A stretch of 55,800 nucleotides of DNA, the filler included, from Dugesia japonica (taxonomy: Eukaryota), in NCBI GenBank assembly GCA_001938525.1. It is 5 parts of 5 records of this genome, joined end to end, with 100 filler letters (N's around TTAATTAATTAA, not from the genome) between each part and the next. Parts side by side here need not be neighbours in the genome. Positions count along the whole stretch, not along the records: positions 43,806 to 55,800 come from MQRL01597852.1; 4 more parts are not named here. The stretch is one strand, 5' to 3'. Numbering within the stretch: position 1 is the first letter of the stretch; every line of letters starts with the position of its first letter. A program made the translations under genes and the position numbers. Below are positions 50,846 through 55,800 of the stretch, piece by piece. The notes under the pieces are model-generated. The model was not told the DNA's origin. It was given only the letters and a program-made list of their open reading frames with translations, and did no database searches.

Positions 50846-52149
50846 NNNNNNNNNNNNNNNNNNNNNNNNNNNNNNNNNNNNNNNNNNNNNNNNNNAACAA
50901 TTATATTAATACACTTTGTTAGTCAATCTTATTAGTTGTTATTAATATTTATAGAAAATATCTTAATTAATATAAATTAACAACTAAAATATAATTTTAT
51001 TGATGGAATATAAATATCAAAATAACATGAAATATGAGTTGAAATTTGATTTGAAAAATGTCAAATATAACACGGCCAGGATGTCTATTTAATGGCCAAC
51101 TGTATTATCTAATGAAATCAATTTTTTTAATGTGTAATCTGTAATAAATCAAACTAATAAATAAACAATGTTTTATACCGATGTATACATGAAATTGTTA
51201 AAATAACAGAAGTACAAAAATTTGTCATATTTTTTGATAAAAAATGTCAATTTAATAATATATTAGATAAATATTTTTTGAGTATTTCTATGTTATAATT
51301 TATTCGGAAATCATTTAATTTGAATATTTATCAAATAATTGCTCATATATTAAAGTTTATTAAGAAAAATTAATTTAGTATTTTTTTAATAGTATTTGTT
51401 TATAGTTAATAAAAATTTGATGAATTCGAAGGGAAAATTAAAATTTAAACTGAAAATTTTTGGTATCATATTTAATTGAATAACTAACAATAATATTGTC
51501 AGATAACGTCAATAAATAAATGCGTTGTTTTAAAATATCTCGGAATTCTTATAANNNNNNNNNNNNNNNNNNNNNNNNNNNNNNNNNNNNNNNNNNNNNN
51601 NNNNNNNNNNNNNNNNNNNNNNNNNNNNNNNNNNNNNNNNNNNNNNNNNNNNNNNNNNNNATAACATACGAAAAGTATTTCGATGAAAACTTTAATTTCA
51701 AATGTTGATTAGAAATCCACATGAGTTTTAATTAAGATTTCTATTGCTGAGATTGCTGGTTAAATTTATTTTTATGAAATTATCTTTTCATTCTTCAATT
51801 AAATCAATCTAACAATATTTCAAGAAAATATAGACATTTCTGAATATATTGTAAAATTCTAACTTCTAATAATTCAATTTTGTTGAAGAAAAGTTGAAAA
51901 ATAATTTCAGAACATAAATTTATGAATCACAGAGATAATATTAACAAAAAACTATTAAGTAAATAATTTATCATTTTTATTGAGAATAAAATATTACGTT
52001 AGCAAGAAAGTAATGCTGTTTTTTCATGCATTATAAAGGGACTATTATTTTTTTAATCCAGAGGTTATCAACGTAAAAATTATGTTGTGCTGCTAGTTAA
52101 AACTACCTGCCTGGCTCTTAAATATTATTACAGAGATTATAGATCTATT

Positions 52150-53060
52150 TCGTTTAAATAATCTAATATTTCCAGATCGAAATGTGTGACGAAAAGCATT
52201 TGCAACGATTTATACGAGTTCCAGAAAGGCAGAAACGCCACTTTGACAACCAAAAAATTGTGTGCTGTTTTGGTGTCAAATGAAGTACAGGTCCGATAAG
52301 TTCAGCGATGGTTTAACCGTTTTTGAGGGGATATTTAAGAATTGTTTGTTTAATTATAATAGAGTGTCAACAGTATATAGAATCGCATGAAATAGATCGG
52401 AAAAAACAATAGATTCCAGGTCTGGATTCCTCATGATTTAAGCCTAGGTGAGAAGTCAATTTAAGTCCAGATATATCATTCATTAGTCATTGTACATCCA
52501 AAGAAACTACCCTTCAAATGAATTGNNNNNNNNNNNNNNNNNNNNNNNNNNNNNNNNNNNNNNTTATCCCCAGGCCAAACTTCAGTGCCAGTGCCAAAAT
52601 TAGGATTTTATCCAAAGAAGGCATTATTGAGAATTTTTCTGAGTTATCGAGGAGTAATTAATTTTGAATTGCTGGAAATGGATCAGGCAATAAATTCAAA
52701 AGTCCACTGCAAAATTCTTCACTGTTTGTCATTAATTAATTGTCAAATCATTAATTATCAAAATTTATGGTTTGATCAATAGAAATCAAATAATTTTCCA
52801 TCATCGAGGTACTAGATCATATACTGCAACAACTGAAAGCCTTTCTGTGGAAGTAATGCCTCAGCGATTATATAATCCGATATCACGCCTTTAGATAACT
52901 ATTTATCTCTTCAAGATTCTCTTCGATATAAAACTTTTGACACAATAACAGGCATTGAATTTGTCTTGAATTGCTGTTTCAATGAAAAGCTTAGTACCTG
53001 GTATAGGAATGGTATCGAAAGTTTGGTCAAATGTTTGGAAGATGTTGTAGATAAAAAAAT
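52150..53060 (+). mobile_element. Mariner transposase remnant
   Basis: WIPHDL, KLGFYPKKALL..GVINFELL..INSKV, decayed YSPDIAP.DYYL. Confidence 0.8.
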
Positions 53061-54412
53061 GTTTTCTATAGTATTCACAGAAACGGAATAATACTTTTTG
53101 TTTGCCTTTTATAACGCTACATTATCACTATAAGTCCCATAAGTAGATGATAAGTATTCACCATATCTTAATTTGGCAGGTAAAAATTGATTTTGGTCGT
53201 TTTTGTTTTATTTTGATGTTAATATTCCACAAACATTGAAATTTTCATTTAATTTCAACATATTTAGGGGTTACTATAACCTGAAGTTCAAAATAACTGT
53301 AGCAATTTAATCGAAATTAGAATTAAATTAATTGTAAATATATCAAACAAAACAAAACAACAAACTATTTAAACCCTTTATTTATTCTACTTTTAATTTC
53401 TTTGTACGCGCCTCACAAGATAACTCATCAAATGTCGATAATAATCTACACAATCATTTTTTTCGATAAAAAATAAAATATAATAATCTTTGCAAATTAA
53501 TTCAACTTCGTTATTAAATAATGATCTTTCAACTGATTCTTTCAAACATTTTCTTTATGGGATTTATTAAAGGTAATTATGGTAGACGATAAACTCCCTT
53601 ATCCCAAAGTTTATGGATTTTTCCTTAGAAAGAGAACGATGTATTCTCATCTTATTCATTATAAACACTATAAATAAATAACTATAGTAATTTTCAACAT
53701 TAAATTTTAGTAATTTTCTAGAAATAATGGTTTCGATCAAATTAAATTTTTGTTTTATAGATTTTCAAATTTTTGACTATTGTCTTCTTGAGGAATATTC
53801 AATGAAATCTCAAATGCGATCAATGGTTCAGTTCAACAATTATTCTCGCATTAATTGTAATTGTAAAATTTGAGTAACTCCAAAAGAAATAAAATTTAAA
53901 ACCCTGTATAAGGAAAGTTAATAAAAGTAACATTGATAATTAGATTGAAATTTTTATCTCTCGAGAAAATTACCCCAAATCAAATTAGAGCGTTTGAGTC
54001 CAATTCAACGTGAATAACGTTTTCTAGAACAAAATGCTAGAGTAATAATAATTATTTTAAAGTTCTGACTATTATTGACTAATTAAAATAAATAATAGTT
54101 TTTATTTCATATATTCGATATCTTGAAAATTTAAAATCATTAGTTATTAGGGCTTCTGAAAGCTAACTTTCTGCATTCGAAGGTAAACGATTTTTTTGTC
54201 AAGTAAAAACTTTATTTTTTTCTGTTACATATGGATTTAGGTTTTACACCGATTTATTATTATAGTTGAAAAAATATTTCTAAAGAATCAATATGCACCT
54301 AATTCTGCTTTAACATGAACTTTTTTTTTTACATAATTTTGATTTAACACAATTTAACAAAAAAATTCATTTTATTTTTACACGACTTGTTTTTCTTAAA
54401 CATGATATAAAC

Positions 54413-54786
54413 CAGTGGTTCCCAAAGTGATCCATACGGACCCCAAGGGGTCCCTGGGATATTTCAGGGGTTCCTTGGAAAATTAAAATTGATCTGGGGG
54501 TCCCTGAACAACGTCAGGGGGTCCGCGCAAGATTTTTTTTGTATTTTAAAACAAAAGTTATAATTTCTGAAAATACTTCTTCAACAAAATGTTTTATTTG
54601 AATTTTCTTTTTAAGTCACCATTTACCACTCAAGACATCAAAGTTAAATTTTTAATTTTTCTATTATACATTTATGCAGCTTTTCACCCAGGGTCCTTGG
54701 AAAAGTTTTGACCATGAAAGAGAGTCCTTGGGCAAGTTTTAACTAGGAAAAGAGGTCTGTAGACCAAAAGAGTTTGGGAACCACTG
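54413..54786. mobile_element. hAT (Charlie-type) MITE, 374 bp
   Basis: 14 bp perfect TIR CAGTGGTTCCCAAA; 8 bp TSD ATATAAAC/ATCTAAAC. Confidence 0.92.
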
Positions 54787-55633
54787 ATCTAAACGGTTGT
54801 AACTCTGTATGGGCAAAGAAATAAGCAATTGTTTTTGTATGCATTTGCATTTCGAGTTTCGTGCTTAAACGAAATGTGAAGAAGCACATTTTTTATGTTA
54901 AAAAAATATGAGTATATCTAGTGATAACAATAGTATTTAAGTTTTACAGAAATGTACGTTTTTTTTTGTCAGAAAGTGACAGCGAATAAATTTTTGTTAT
55001 GTGTAATTTATATTTATTTTTTTTTGTTTATTAACTATTGAGACGCCTTTTTCCTTTTTAAAAGAATAATTTGATTTTAATGTATCTGCAATTTGTATGA
55101 AATAAAAAGTTCAAGTAAGAACATGAAAATGAATTTTAATTTGCATTATTGTAAAATTTTTGCTACTTTATAAATCTGAAACTATTTCTCTATTTTTCAT
55201 ACATTCAATATCTTTTTTACCCGAATTCCTCTGGAACGTATCTAAGTATAAAAACATAATTGGGTGTGTACATTTATTTGATTTTGGCATACAGACTAAG
55301 TCAATTATAATTGCATTACTTCTATTTATATATTTATACATTCGATATATTGTAATTTATATTTATTTTGACAATTTTNCAATAAATAGTTGGTTCTATA
55401 TTACGGTAATGACAAAATATGAAATGATTAAATTACCATTATTTATTTATTTTAATTGCTCTTAATTTATAAAAATTACGGATGCATAATGTTCACAAAA
55501 ATTTTCACACTACATTGATTTTGTAAATTTTTTTATAATATTTTTATTTCACACTCATATTAAGTGCATGATATGATAAATTACAGTCAATATATATATA
55601 TTTATATTTATATACATATATAATTATACAAAC

Positions 55634-55785
55634 CTCTTTGATAATTTTCATAATTTCTGTAAGAGAATCATGATCAAATTCTCTTTGACTATATCTATCA
55701 TTATGATTATTTAATTCGAGAAATGCTGAAGAGTCTGAGTACATTTCTTTTACTATATAAAGCATAAAAAAGGAAATGCAACATC
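55634..55785 (-). CDS. Probable internal exon of an unidentified host gene
   Basis: TTTTTATTTTAG acceptor, open frame ..YIVKEMYSDSSAFLELN..EIMKIIKE, GTTTG donor; other exon-like blocks at 55230-55297 and 53380-53900. Confidence 0.4.
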
Positions 55786-55800
55786 TAAAATAAAAAAGAA

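Overview
AT-rich eukaryotic DNA. The 43-55 nt GT-AG introns and the transposon content suggest a planarian-like flatworm, but this is inference. The window consists of five contigs joined by artificial N-TTAATTAATTAA-N linkers (9579, 18370, 31985, 43750). Two host genes are recognisable, both cut by contig ends: a multi-exon SRCAP/Domino (SWR1-type) remodeller on the minus strand (26621 to 18426) and the 5' part of eIF3a (42758-43705). The rest is mostly nested, decayed mobile DNA. It includes Polinton/adintovirus pieces (pPolB, major capsid, packaging ATPase, several AGTAG termini), Ty3/gypsy fragments, Penelope RT and GIY-YIG, mariner, pogo/Tigger, hAT remnants and MITEs. Two unexplained systems stand out. 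(1) A family of 3.5-4.4 kb TGTTG...CAACA elements (3840-7386, 33460 to about 37865, partial copies at 27548 on the minus strand and ending at 41341) has no RT or transposase. Each carries a serial array of cassettes built as splice acceptor, short ORF, AATAAA, and three copies share a coiled-coil protein with a conserved DRE/YADRESS motif. (2) A gypsy Gag with three zinc knuckles is followed, not by protease, but by three tandem modules of about 200 aa, each apparently containing a ubiquitin-like domain. All alignments were made by eye.
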